A stretch of DNA of 64,000 nt from Macrostomum lignano (Eukaryota): positions 440,303 through 504,302 of the forward strand of contig NIVC01000302.1 of NCBI GenBank assembly GCA_002269645.1, in the 5' to 3' direction. Both the position numbers and the translations under genes were made by a program. Below are positions 12,101 to 35,620 of this stretch, one piece after another; within the stretch, counting starts at the first letter, position 1, and each line of letters starts with the position of its first letter. The notes under the pieces were generated by a model. That model saw only the letters and a program-made list of their open reading frames with translations, was not told the DNA's origin and searched no databases.

Positions 12101-15100
12101 CGTCCCTGTTAAGCTTTGGTGGCACCTTATATTTTTCAACCTCGCCATCCTGCGTGACGTTCATCACCTTGCGCAGGCAGTAGGCACCTTTGCCGCGCCT
12201 GTGGTCGCTTTCGCGCATGTACAGAGCGGTGCTCTGAATAGCGGGCACCCGCCTGCAGATCCAAACCAGGGCCGATTCCGATACGCGCAGGGTCTTCTGC
12301 AGCGCGTCCACCTGTGAGAGTTATGGTTGAGTTTTTTAAGCTTTGTTTCAAGTTTTGAAATCCTTTTTAGTCAGAATTCTTGAAATCAAATATCACCTCT
12401 AATAGTGTGTAGAATGCATACAGTGCTGGGCCTCAGTTGATCCTCAATTGCTGGGCAACCACCACCAGCCTCCCAGATCCTCAGTTGCTGGGCAACCACC
12501 ACCAGCCTCCCAGATCCTCAGTTGCTGGGCAACCACCACCAGCCTCCCAGATCCTCAGTTACTGGGCAACCACCACCAGCCTCCCAGATCCTCAGTTACT
12601 GGGCAACCACCACCAGCCTCCCAGATCCTCAGTTGCTGACCCCCCACCACCAGCCTCCCAGATCCTCAGTTACTGGGCAACCACCGCCAGTCTCCCAGAT
12701 CCTCAGTTACTGGGCAACCACCGCCAGTCTCCCAGATCCTCAGTTACTGGGCAACCACCGCCAGTCTCCCAGATTCTCAGTTACTGGGCAACCACCACCA
12801 GCCTCTCAGATTCTCAGTTACTGGGCAACCACCGCCAGTCTCCCAGATTCTCAGTTACTGGGCAACCACCACCAGCCTCTCAGATTCTCAGTTGCTGGGC
12901 TACCCTGCCATGTCCTCAAGATGCAAAAGAACTTTTTTAAAGTTTCTCAGAATTGAAATTCGCCGAAGACCCTTCAAGCCATCATTGGCCAACCTTGTGG
13001 TAGGCGATGCTGAAGGCATTCGAGACGCCCTGGAAGAACTGCATCTCGTGAGCCACGAAGTGCCTCTTGCGCACTGGATCAGCCACAGTGTCCACCGCCA
13101 GGGTGCCGAAAACCCGCTTCTGCCGGTCCTTCAGGGGCACCACGGCTAGAGCGCCGTCCACCTCCTGCAGATTGATGGCCTTGTTGAAGTAGTGCACCGA
13201 TGGGTTGGCCGTCACTCGGGGCACGTGCAGCGGCTTGCCGGACTGGACCACCTGCCGATTGGGGTTGGGGTTGGAGTTGGAGTTGGGGTTGGAATTGGAG
13301 TTAGAGTTGGGGTTGGGGTTGGAGTTGGAGTTGGAGTTGGAGTTGGGGTTGGGGTTGGGGTTGGGATTGGAGTTGGAATTGGGGTTGGAGTTGGAGTTGG
13401 AGTTGGAGTTAGAGTTGGGGTTGGGGTTGGGGTTGGAATTGGAGTTGGGGTTGGAGTTAGGGTTGGAGTTGGGGTTGGAGTTGGGGTTGGAGTTGGCGTT
13501 GGAGTTGGGAATGGGATTGGCGCACCTGAAAGCTGACACCGGTCTCGGACAGCTCGTACAGGCTCTGGCCGACCACAAAGTCGGCATCCTCAGGCGTGGC
13601 GGCCACGTAGCGGAGCACCAGGCCGCCCAGCTCTGCCACATTCTCATTGTTGCTCTCTAGCAGGGCCAGATTAGCGCATATCCTCTTGCCATCGCCGTGC
13701 GTCTCCGCGTCGCGGTACAGCGCCCAGAACACGGCGCGGTACACCGGCTCCATGCTGGCGCCGCTCTCCTCACCGGCCAGTCGGATGCTGGCCAACCACT
13801 TCTTGCGCGCCGCGCCGCGGATTCGCTCCTGCTGGGAGCGCTCGACAGACTCGGCCATGAACTGGATGAGCTCCTCCATGCTGTCCGCCTCGCCGCCTGT
13901 CGTTGCCGCCGATTTGACGAAATCGCGAAATTCGCGCTTGGCCAGCCGGCTGTCCTGGTGCTGCTGCTGCTGCTTGGTTAGCTTGGACGACCGGCTCTTC
14001 AGCTCCTTCTTGGCTTTAACCAGGGCCTTGCGCAGGGTGGCGTCTTTGTACTTTAGCATGACGTTCTCCACTTCGTCTAGGTCGAGGAATCCGGACCCGT
14101 CGTTGTCCCAGAGCTGGAAGAGTTCGTCTAGCAGCACTTTGCGCTTGGCTGATAGCTGGCGCTGTTGGATCTGCAGTGGCGGTATTAGGGGGCGGGTATT
14201 AGGGGGCGGGTATTAGGGGGCGGGTATGAGTATGAGTATGAATATGAGCATGAGTATGAGGATGAGGATGAGTATGAGTATGAATATGAGCATGAGTATG
14301 AGGATGAGGATGAGTATGAGTATGAATATGAGCATGAGTATGAGGATGAGGATGAGTATGAGTATGAATATGAGCATGAGTATGAGGATGAGGATGAGTA
14401 TGAGTATGAATATGAGCATGAGTATGAGGATGAGGATGAGTATGAGTATGAATATGAGCATGAGTATGAGGATGAGCATGAGTATGAATATGAGCATGAG
14501 TATGAGGATGAGGATGAGTATGAGTATGAGCATGAGTATGAGGATGAGGATGAGTATGAGTATGAATATGAGCATGAGGATGAGGATGAGTATGAATATG
14601 AGTATGAATATGAGCATGAGGATGAGTATGAGTATGAATATGAGCATGAGTATGAGGATGAGGATGAGTATGAGTATGAGCATGAGTATGAGGATGAGGA
14701 TGAGTATGAGTATGAATATGAGCATGAGTATGAGGATGAGGATGAGTATGAATATGAGCATGAGTATGAGGATGAGGATGAGTATGAGTATGAATATGAG
14801 CATGAGTATGAGGATGAGGATGAGTATGAGTATGAATATGAGCATGAGTATGAGGATGAGCATGAGTATGAGTATGAGCATGAGTATGAGGATGAGGATG
14901 AGTATGAGTAGGAATGAAGTATGAGTATGAATATGAGCATGAGCATGAGCATGAGCATGAGTATGAGTGTGAGCATGAGCATGAGAATGAGTATGAGCAT
15001 GAGTATGATCATTAGTATTAGCATGACTATGAGTATGAGTATAAATATGAGCATTAGTATGAGTATTAACATGCCTATGAGTTTGATTTGAGGCATGAGC

Positions 15101-18100
15101 ATGAGTAGTATGGCATGAGTAGTATGAGAATGAGTAAATACAGTATCAATACCACTCACCAGCTTAATCCTGGCCAGTCTCTCGTCCTCAGTCTCTACAT
15201 ATCCCTCCCGAACAAAGATGATCAAGTCCTCCATCAGGTCTTTCTTCGGCTCGTCACCAAGGAACGTCTCGGTGACGTGGACAAACTGGCCGTTGGTGAG
15301 ATTCATCTCGTCAAAGGCGGACGATTTTGTCCGAGATGTGTCCGCCGTGCGATTGGAAATTCCGGCTGTTTAGGGAGCGTGCGGGGGTTACTTGTGGGTA
15401 TGACCGCTCTAGTGGGTCAGAGTAACTCACTGACTTCTCTAGTCGGTCAGAGTGACTCACTGACTTCTCTAGTGGGTCAGAGTGACTCACTGACTTCTCT
15501 AGTGGGTCAGAGTGACTCACTGACTGCTCTAGTGGGTCAGAGGGACTCACTGACTGTTCTAGTGGGTCAGAGTGACTCACTGACTGCTCTAGTGGGTCAG
15601 AGTGACTCACTGACTGCTCTAGTGGGTCAGAGTGACTCTCACTGACTGCTCTAGTGGGTCAGAGTGACTCACTGACTGCTCTAGTGGGTCAGAGTGACTC
15701 ACTGACTGCTCTAGTGGGTCAGAGTGACTCACTGACTGTTCTAGTGGGTCAGAGTGACTCAGTAGCACAACCGTTAAAACTGAATGTGCTTAAACTGAAA
15801 GCACTAGAAAAGTAAAAAATCGGAATAGTGTAAATAGCATATAAATGATAAAGTTTTCAACAGAAAAAGTTCAATAAACCTGTGATCGCATAGAATAGAA
15901 GGCTTACATGTACACTCTTACGAGTATTAAAGCAAATAAACAAAGGACATATTTATAGCGGTCTTCAGAAAAGAACAGAACTGAATATTATAAGCATAGA
16001 AAATAATCAGTAAAATGTTTTACCAAGAAACTGATCCAATGCTTTGCTAACTGAAATGGATCATTTTTATTGCTCATTTTTTGCTTTTATTCCTCCGCAA
16101 ACTATTGGGTTGGCATTGATGCATGCAAAAATTGAGGCTAAATTAATTCAATAACGTGATGGAATATGAAACACCGTGCACTCGTGACTCCTGTTCCGCG
16201 ACTTTTGAAGTGCTTTTTGTTGAGAATGAAAAAGCAGACTAGCGTCGTCACTCACTAATAATGACGGATCGGATGTCTGTTTCCAAGTGAATGCTTCAAG
16301 TGCGGGAGATTTATAAGGCAGCTTGATGACGTCACTGCTGTTCTGTTCGGTATATCGAACTTAAGTATAATACGAGCGTAATAATAACTATAGTTGATTA
16401 CACCTGCCCCAATCCGACAGCTCAGCCGCAGCTATTGCGAGGCGCATCTGAAGGCTGCGTACGGCTGTTCAGTCCAAGGACTGGGGGGTTGCCACGCACA
16501 CCCTCAATTACCCCAGCTAATGCTGGCACCCATTTTACAGCTGGGTGAACTGAAGCAATGCAGAGTTAAGTGTCTTGCTCAAGGACACAAATTGTTCCAA
16601 TGGGATCAGGAATCGAACCCCCGACCTTCAAGTCGTGATTCCGACGCTCTAGCCACAAGGCTACAGACCCTGCTAGGCTAAAACCTCTAATCATGCTTAA
16701 CTACAGCACTTTACCAATGCTGAGCCTTGGAACTTACTGATATCGCGGCTCAATGGCTCCACGCCTTCGTCCTGAAGATCGATCGGGACGTCTTCTGCAA
16801 CAGAAAAAATCACTTGACTTATGATTCCTTTTGCCAAGCTTTCCAGAAGTTAATCCGCTTCTAGTAGCAGCAAAATCGACTCACCCGCTAACATTTCATC
16901 AGCTTCTCCGCCCGTCGCCTTTTCGCCTTCGCCCTCACCCTGCTGCGGCGGCGTCGGCGGCGACGACGGTGACTCCGTCCGTTTGCGCACCTCGTCCTCG
17001 AAAGTCACTTCGCGTTTCGCCTTGGCTTTGGCCTTTGCGTCGCTGCCGCTGGAGCCGCTGACCTCCTCGCGGGTGGCGGCCTCTGACGGCTGATTTGCCT
17101 CCTCCTCAGCGCCCTCGTCGGCGACCGTCTTCCTGGCTGGAGGCGGTGACGGACTCTTTGCCGGGGATTGGTCTGCAGCTGCAGCTGGCGGTGGCGATGG
17201 ACTTTTAGCTGCCTTCGGAGAGGCCAGCGTCTCCTGATCCTCAGCCGCCTGCGGCGGAGGCGGCGACGGACTTTTGGCTGCCTCTTTCGGAGAAGGCTGC
17301 GGCGATGGACTTTTTGGTTGCTCGGCAGTCGCAGGTTCAGGCGACTTCGCCGCTGGTGGTGATGGCGTCTTGCGAGTCTGCTCCTTGCCCTGCGACTCCG
17401 TCGCTACTTTGCTGCTTTCCTCTCCCAGCTGCTCTCCATCCTTGGGCGACTCGCGTCCTTCAACTGTTTCTTCTGTCATCTCCCTGTCAGTCTCTTCAGT
17501 CTCCTCCACTTCTTCATCATCCTCGAGAACGGCGGCCGCTTCCGCCGCAGCCTCCTCGGCCTCCTCCTGTAGCATAGTTTTGGCTCGCTCCTCGTCCTCC
17601 TTAGCCTGCTCCTCCAGGACTTCGCGCATCTCCTCGTGCAGCTCACGAACCGGCCCTGGAATTAGAAGCGGCAATGTTCTTTAGTGAATCAAGCCTAAAG
17701 TTAAGGCGTGGGGTTTGTGTGCCAGGGTAGAAAGATAATAACCGGAGTTGAGTGGTTGGCGGAGCTAGGGGAGGTGTTAAGGCGTGGGGTTGGTGTGCCA
17801 GGGTAGAAAGATAATAGCCAGAATTGAGTGGGTTGGCGGAGCTAGGGGAGGTGTCAAGGCGTGGGGTTGGTGTGCCAGGGTAGAAAGATAATAGCCAGAA
17901 TTGAGTGGGTTGGCGGAGCTAGGGGAGGTGTCAAGGCGTGGGGTTGGTGTGCCGGGGTAGAAATACAAGTGTGCTATGAAGTTGTTGGTGAAATTCATTA
18001 TACGAGCTAAAATTGCTCGTAGTGGTTTTCTTGAGATGGGTTAGAAGTTTTAGATAAGTTTGGCAGATGGTTCATTAAGCGAAAGCGAAAGATCAGAGCA

Positions 18101-20251
18101 ATTTTCGGAAATTTTGAGGGGACAAGCCTGTTTGATAACGCTCTGAGATTCTCACATTTTCTAGGATTTCTTAGAAACTGTCTCCTGTGTTCGGCCACCG
18201 ACTCGTAGAACTTGTCAAACAGCAGCAGGATGCGCTGCCTATCAAGCATGCCAATCTCGTCGTGGTCGCAGCTGATAAACAGATCGGATAGAATGGTGCG
18301 GCGCAGCTCTCGCTCGGCCCGGCGCTTATAGGTGAGCGCGCACTCGCCCAAGTGATTTGTGAACTCCTCGAACAGGTCGAACGGCATATCTTCGATGAGC
18401 TCCGTCAAGAACTGCAGATTAGCGTATTAATTGGCGATGTGCTGTTGCTTGGTATCAAACTCATTTTAACATCTTCTCAAACTAAAACCAGATAATTTGC
18501 GGTACAAAACTTTATACAAATGACATACTCTCGAGTTTTACTTTTTTTACCCCAAATGTACATACCACCGAATCAGATTTTTCTACCCCATATGTACATA
18601 CAACCGAATCAGAATTTTCTACCCCATGTGTACATACCACCGAATCAGACTTTTCTACCCCATATGTACATACAACCGAATCAGAATTTTCTACCCCATG
18701 TGTACATACAACTGAATCAGAATTTTCTACCCGAAATGTACGTCCTCCCTGATAAGCTCTTTCTACCCCAAATGTACACAGGGGCGTAGCCAAGGGGGTA
18801 AGGGGGGAGGGGGGATTTTTTTACTGCCTTTGTATTTTGCTTCCATCGCTAACATCGGAGATGGATTGATGTCATCTGTCCCCCCTGACGTGAATCCTGG
18901 CTACGCGCCAGAATCTACATTCTTTACAACTCAATTTTCTGATTCTTTTCTGTGACTTATCACCTGCTGATGCCTTTAATTACTACAAAAAAGTGGTTGA
19001 ACCAAACCATTTAGTACCATCGTCCACTCACATCTCCGAATTCCTTGCGGCCAATCTTGTGCGAAGCCTCCTCGGTCACTAGAACTTCGAATACGAGGCG
19101 CAGGTGCTGACGCAGCTCGTCGGGAAAGTCCTGCGCCAACTCCGAGAAGGATTTAATGGCCCGTTGGAGCTATTGGAGACAGGATGAGGAATGAGTTCGA
19201 ATGATTGAGATCTACTGCTTCCAGTAGTAGCAAGCATGGAAAACTATTGCAATACGAAAGGCTTCCTTACCACGGGCAGCTCGATTCGAAGTTCGTCGCC
19301 AACTCGGAACTTGTCAAATAATTCCTCGATGACGCGCTGCTTCCGTTTGTGCTCTTCTAGCCGGCGCTTCTCTGCCTCTTCCTTCTCCAGCTTCTTCCGC
19401 TTGGCATTGGCCTTGAGCTGGGCCAGCTTGTTGTCCTTGAAGGTGAAAATCTCCTGGCGCAGCTCCTCGGAGATCTCTCGCAGGCCGCGGATGTAGGGCG
19501 ACGCCTCGGAGAAATTGCTGTAGCGCGGGTTGTTCCGCATCAGGTACTGGCCCAGGTAGTTGATCGGATTGAAGTTCGGGCACGGCTCCTCAGTGTTCTG
19601 CAGCTCCCGGCGTTGCACCTCATTCAGCAGCTTCTCCAGGCCGAGGATCACGGTGGGAAAGACGGAGTCGATGAGGAAGGCCCGAGTCTCGATGGAGGCC
19701 CGCTCCATGTTCAGCCACTCCTTGGCCAGCAGCTCCGTGGGGATTCGCCGCGACAGTCGCTCGGCCTCCTGGCGGGCCTGGCGCGCCTCCGATTTGACGT
19801 CGTCTCGGGAGGCCAGCAGCCGCTGCATCATCTCTTCTTCGTGGGCGCGGCGGTAGCGGCCAACAGCGCTGCGCACCTGTGGCCTCAGGTACTCGGGCGG
19901 CTGCGGGTTCAACGGCGGCAGGGAGGCGCGCGAAGCCACTCCGCCGCTGCCACCGCCTGTTGAGGTAGCCGGACTTTTTCGGCCACCGCCGGCGCTGCCG
20001 GGCTGACGGCGAATCATTGAAGCGGAGCCGCCGCCGCCGCTGCTGGCTTGCCGACTCTGCGGCCGGCTGTGGCTGACGGGCTTGCGGGCGAGGCCGCTCT
20101 CGACAAGGAGCGCCGAGGACGAGGCGGCCCGGCTAACCTGCTTGCCGTCGTTGCTGCTTGCGGCGGCCGCCGCTGTGTTTGGCGACTGCGCCGTGCCTGG
20201 TGGTGAACTCTCGGAGCTCATTGATGACAGAGCTGAAAGGATGTTTGACAT
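9121..20251 (-). CDS. EFCAB5: EF-hand calcium-binding domain-containing protein 5, about 1444 aa, 10 exons
   Basis: Exons (minus): 20251-19271, 19169-19032, 18411-18156, 17655-16885, 15365-15160, 14170-13526, 13251-12994, 12311-12088, 11366-10807, 9416-9121. All introns are GT-AG with matching phases; sum 4335 nt. Motifs recalled from EFCAB5: [43 protein letters not shown]; RNPRKWP; [23 protein letters not shown]; EF loop [12 protein letters not shown]; GAF-like segment. The start codon is the ORF start and is unverified. Confidence 0.9.
9715..9955. repeat. ~69-bp intronic tandem repeat
   Basis: Recurring TTTTACCCTCCAAGCTTTCTAATTGGCTGGCTCTATCCC. Confidence 0.75.
10385..10800. repeat. 34-bp intronic minisatellite (CTCAAATACCCAGAATCCCATATGCTCAATGCTA)n
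   Basis: Tandem units that abut the donor at 10806. Confidence 0.9.
11462..11975. repeat. 21-bp intronic minisatellite (CTGGGATTCCCCGATGTCAGA)n
   Basis: Tandem units read directly. Confidence 0.9.
12437..12900. repeat. 37-bp intronic minisatellite (CTGGGCAACCACCACCAGCCTCCCAGATCCTCAGTTR)n
   Basis: Tandem units read directly. Confidence 0.9.
13259..13518. repeat. 6-bp repeat (TTGGAG/TTGGGG)n filling an intron
   Basis: Occupies nearly all of intron 13252-13525. Confidence 0.9.
14178..15135. repeat. 14-bp repeat (GCGGGTATTAGGGG), then hexamer (ATGAGN/ATGAAT) array with a 42-bp higher-order unit
   Basis: Read directly; fills intron 14171-15159. Confidence 0.9.
15405..15762. repeat. 30-bp intronic minisatellite (CTCTAGTGGGTCAGAGTGACTCACTGACTG)n
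   Basis: Tandem units read directly. Confidence 0.95.
16385..16670 (-). mobile_element. tRNA-derived SINE with CORE (MIR-like) domain
   Basis: Minus strand shows an A-box-like TAGCCTTGTGGCTAGAGCG and a B box GGTTCGATTCC (16619-16609). Next comes TGTGTCCTTGAGCAAGACACTTAACTCTGCATTGCTTCAGTTCACCCAGCTGTAAAATGGG, resembling the recalled MIR CORE consensus. It ends in a TATTATTA tail. Confidence 0.75.
17703..17960. repeat. 77-bp intronic tandem repeat, about 3.3 copies
   Basis: Unit starts at 17703, 17779, 17856, 17933. Confidence 0.9.
18545..18778. repeat. ~39-bp intronic minisatellite
   Basis: TTTTCTACCCCATATGTACATACAACCGAATCAGAA units. Confidence 0.85.
18779..18911. mobile_element. 133-bp hAT-like MITE
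   Basis: TIRs CAGGGGCGTAGCCAAG and CCTGGCTACGCGCCAG (13/16 match). The 8-bp flanks AATGTACA and AATCTACA match at 7/8, consistent with a TSD. Confidence 0.65.
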
Positions 20252-22401
20252 TTTTTATCATTTATTGAGAACTTGTATCTCAAGGCATTGAATTTGCAAC
20301 CAAGAAAAATGAGCAATATAAAAAATAGATGTCAAATGATTGAATCAAACCCTTGATAATTTTCTTATATTTTTTCTTTATCTTTGCTTTGTGCTCAGAT
20401 ATTTATACAAGTATTGGTAGAAATTTCTTTGAAACACAATATATTATAAATGATCATAAAATACTGTGCAACATTAAGAACTATTATATAAAACAAGTTC
20501 AAGTCGATTCTTTTAATTGAAAATATCTTAGTTCTTATCTCTTAGTCAAGATAAAACAAAAATATTTGTCACCTCACAAACTTATATCATGAGTCTTTAA
20601 AAAAACTTGTATTTGCCCCATTTAAATGGCATCATGTATCCATATTATAAAGTATGAGCTACTTTTTCTTGTCCCATTGACCAAATTAAGTTAATAGAGA
20701 CAAAATAATTATTTTCAAAGCATCGCACGCACCAAATAACAAAAAAATCGCTTGATATTTGATATTGTTATTTGATCCAACATAATACGCTCGTATTTCA
20801 GACAAAACTGTACAGTAGAATACAATTACAAGCCAGGAAAAAAGTTCTTAAAAGCAAGTGATTTAAAAACATAGACATGTAAATTAAAATTATATTTTCG
20901 TCAGTAAAAAATTACCATGAACAATAAGCTTGCGACAATTTATTTTGGGTTGGCTTTTGATTCCGATTTGGCTCCCCAACGGGGGACGCTGATTGCTAGT
21001 TTAACCTATAAATCTACTAACTTTTAGTTAGCTACAGAGACATTGAGCAGTAAATTTAAGCACTTTTTTACTACTTTTATATTTGCTAAATAAAGATACA
21101 GATAAATAATTTTATTTAGAATTGGATAAATTCTACATAAAAATAGTTACCTTGTTTATCATTTACCAAGACAATCGGTTGTGCCCTGGTTGCTAATTTG
21201 ATCTATTTCGCTTTGAACGCATAGTTCAAAAAAGTTAGATCTGTTTTCAATGGATACGAACATAGCCTAACAAAGCTTTTTTCCGTACTAAAAAATATCG
21301 CATTTTAATTCGTAAAACTGTTTAAGCTTATTATTTATTTGTTTAATACTAAAAATACTACACTTTACACGAAATTTGGAAAGCAAGAAATTGTTTATAG
21401 CTCTTTATTCAATTTGAGGACGGAAATACTATTTTGAGTAGAAAAATTCTTCTTATGCGTGGTATACTGAATCCACTTTAACCCTTTAGTGTGAATTAAA
21501 AAGAATTAACGAAAGAATAATGTTTTGTATTCTAAAGCCAGACTTGAGACTTACTAAAATAATTTAACAATTTAACACACTCTAGAAAGCATTAAAATAA
21601 CGCTTTTGAGTTCTTATTGAAGGCTATGGAAAGTGAAACTATTTGAGTTCTTGGTTGTTGGCGAAACTTTTAGGTTTTTAGTATATAGGTACATGTATTT
21701 TTTAATCATTTTTGTCTTTTTCGTAGAGCATAAGCTTTCACTTTCGAGGCTTCATATTGGGTGAATATTATATCTAAATTGAACATCAATTTTATTTGAT
21801 ACGTTTCAATGAATATAAAAAAATTGATATCAAACGAATAATTTATACAGTTACTAAAATTAATTAACCAACAGTTATGTTTGACTCATTCTATTTTTTC
21901 AACTACAAATAGTTTTGCTTAATATATATAAGCAAAATAGTCCCACCTATATATTTATTAAACTAAACTGTAGCTCGCAGTTTCAAAAGCACTCTGACGT
22001 TTTAAACTTTAGTTACTTTGTGTCATTATTTTGAGCTACTAATTATAGTTCATAAATTTCTGTTATTATTATTCACTGCCTAAGATGCTTATATTACTTC
22101 CTGAAACAAATTTTTATGTTAATCTAATATCTAATTTAAATATATTCCATTGATGTATTAATATAATCATTGATCATTAATCATTAATCAATGATATAAT
22201 TTGATTTAATATATCCTATGGTAGGAGTAAATCACTGAAGATAGTATTAACTTTTAAAATTTGGTACTTCTTGTTGCATACAAAATGACTAATGGTTTAT
22301 CAGTAAATGCAGTGTGAATCAACTCATATGTACGAGCAAAATAATCACTGATTCGAAACTTTTTTCGATGCCGATAAACTTATGCTAATCAACGCGCCGT
22401 C
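20252..22401. promoter_or_regulatory. AT-rich divergent intergenic region between EFCAB5 and DZANK1 (candidate bidirectional promoter)
   Basis: The two start codons face away from each other 2.15 kb apart; no satellites and no long ORF in between. Confidence 0.5.
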
Positions 22402-33252
<10,851 letters not shown>

Positions 33253-33344
33253 GGGATTTAGGACTCTGGAGAGATTCCGAGGCCGCCTCGAATCTTTGTC
33301 CGCCACTCCATGATTTATAGGCTGACTAGTGATCACTTTTCCTC

Positions 33345-33725
33345 TGACTAACCCACCCTCTCATTCACCCACTCTCTCATTCACCCACCCTCTCATTCAC
33401 CCACCCTCTCAATCACCCACCCCTCATTCACCCACCCCCTCATTCACCCACCCCTCATTCACCCACCCCCTACCCTCTCATTCACCCACCCTCTCATTCA
33501 CCCACCCTCTCATTCACCCACCCTCTCATTCACCCACCCTCTAATTCACGCACCCTCTCAATCACCCACCCCTCATTCACCCACCCCTACCCTCTCATTC
33601 ACCGACCCTCTCATTCACCCACACCCTCATTCACCCACCCCCTCATTCACCCACCCCCTCATTCACCAACCCCCTCATTCACCTACCCCCTCATTCACCC
33701 ACCCCCTCATTCACCAACCCCCCAT
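33345..33725. repeat. ~16-bp minisatellite (CCCTCTCATTCACCCA)n
   Basis: Read directly. Confidence 0.9.
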
Positions 33726-34789
33726 TCTTATTAGTACATCTTTCTTTAGTGCATGAAAGTTTTTTTTCAAGATTTGAAAAAATATTTGAATGGTTTTTTT
33801 TCAAGATTAAAGAATGTTAAAATGATTTCGTATGGCAAAGATGCAGAAACACGGCACCAGGTTGACCCGGGCTGCTATTAGCATCTGTTTATTTGTCTAT
33901 TTTAAGAGTTAAATTCACCCTACTGAATGATTTCTAGTGCACGTAAACTAATTATCCCATATTTATTTTTTTGTTTCTTTTTGTCTAACACAGCCAGTTA
34001 CTTCTGCCAGAAATCAATTTTTCTCGTGTCGGCCATCGCTTGCGAACATGACTAGAGCATCATCTCCTATATTCTTCCTAATCCCTTGCTCTCGTATTGG
34101 TTTCCGTCCAGCATCGATAATTATTTGTTCCACCAATTGTTAGGCTGTGTTGCTTTCTGAAGGCTTTGTCAAAAGCCCCGATTTCACTTACAAAGTACAA
34201 AGTGAACTTTTTAAAATTTATTTTTTGCTACTTTCGATGGCTTGTTAGTTGATTTTGAATGCTTGGTCTCTTTGTTCCTAAAATGTTTTCTTGTGATTAC
34301 AAGCGTGTGTGCTTAGTTTTGTTTTAAAAGGACTATCAAATTTGGTAAACAAAATCAAATAAGCCATTTAGTTCGTTTTTTCCTAGCTAGTAATTTATCC
34401 CAACTCATAAATTGAAACAATGTTTGTTGATATTTGAACTAAACCAGGTAATTTTTTGTTTTATTTTGTGTATAACTAATATTTGCTGTAATTAATGTAC
34501 GTCGATGTCTTATGCTTGCTCTGCAATTATATATTACTTTTTATATCAAATACATATAAAAGCTGTACGATTCTTCAGTGTTAGCACGTTTTGGAGACTC
34601 CCACTTATCCACTCATCCTTCTGTCAGTCTATCCAACAGCTATGAATCCGGTATTCAGCGACTTAATTAATTACAGTTACTTCCAAGAAATTATTCGTAA
34701 GAGATTCATTGGGCACCTGGGACTTTTGCTGAGCCATTTCAGTTAAATAATTAGTTTCATCAGCCAATGCAAAAGCGACTATTTCGCCA

Positions 34790-35620
34790 GCTGATCATAA
34801 AGCAGCCCTCACCCAACCCCGATCCTCTCGATAAGCCGATCATAAAACAGCCCCCATCCAACCCCGATCCTCTCGATAGCCAATCATTTAAAAACACCCA
34901 CGCAACCCCGATCCTCTCGATAGCCGATCATAAAACCCCCACCCAACCCCGATCCTCTCGATAGCCGATTATAAAACCCCCACCCAACCCCGATCCTCTC
35001 GATAGCCGATCAAAAACCCCCACCCAACCCCGATCCTCTCGATAGCCGATCATAAAACCCCCACCTAACCCCGATCCTCTCGATAGCCGATCATAAAACT
35101 GCCCCCCCAGCCCAGCCTGATTCTCTCCCTACCCGATCATAAAACAGCTGCACCCCAGCCCGATTCTCTCCCTACCCGATCATAAAACTGCCCCCCCACC
35201 CCAGCCCGATTCTCTCCCTACCCGATCATAAAACTGCCCCCCCCCACCCCAGCCCGATTCTCTCCCTACCCGATCATAAAACAGCTCCACCCCAGCCCGA
35301 TTCTCTCCCTACCCGATCATAAAACAGCTCCACCCCAGCCCGATTCTCTCCCTACCCGATCGTAAAATAGCCCCCACCCCAGCCCGATTCTCTCCCTACC
35401 CGATCGTAAAACAGCCCCCACCCAAGCCCGATTCTCTCCTACCCGATCATAAAACAGCTCCACCCCAGCCCGATTCTCTCCCTACCCAATCATAAAACAG
35501 CTCCACCCCAGCCCGATTCTCTCCCTAACCGATCGTAAAACAGCTCCACCCAAGCCCGATTCTCTCCCTTACCCGATCATAAAACAGCTGCACCCCAGCC
35601 CCATTCTCTCCCTAGCCCAT
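34790..35620. repeat. ~41-43-bp minisatellite with two related unit types
   Basis: CCGATCATAAAAC..CCC(A)GCCCGATTCTCTCCCTA and CCCGATCCTCTCGATAG units. Confidence 0.85.

Noticed and set aside
13259-13518. TTGGGG/TTGGAG repeats resembling ciliate telomere repeats
   Set aside because: Mixed hexamers confined to an EFCAB5 intron; not terminal and not a pure array
14185-15306. 373-aa ORF and other ORFs that run from exons into intronic repeats (10391, 12982, 13457, 24922)
   Set aside because: Only the exon portions bounded by splice sites are coding; the rest is read-through of repeats
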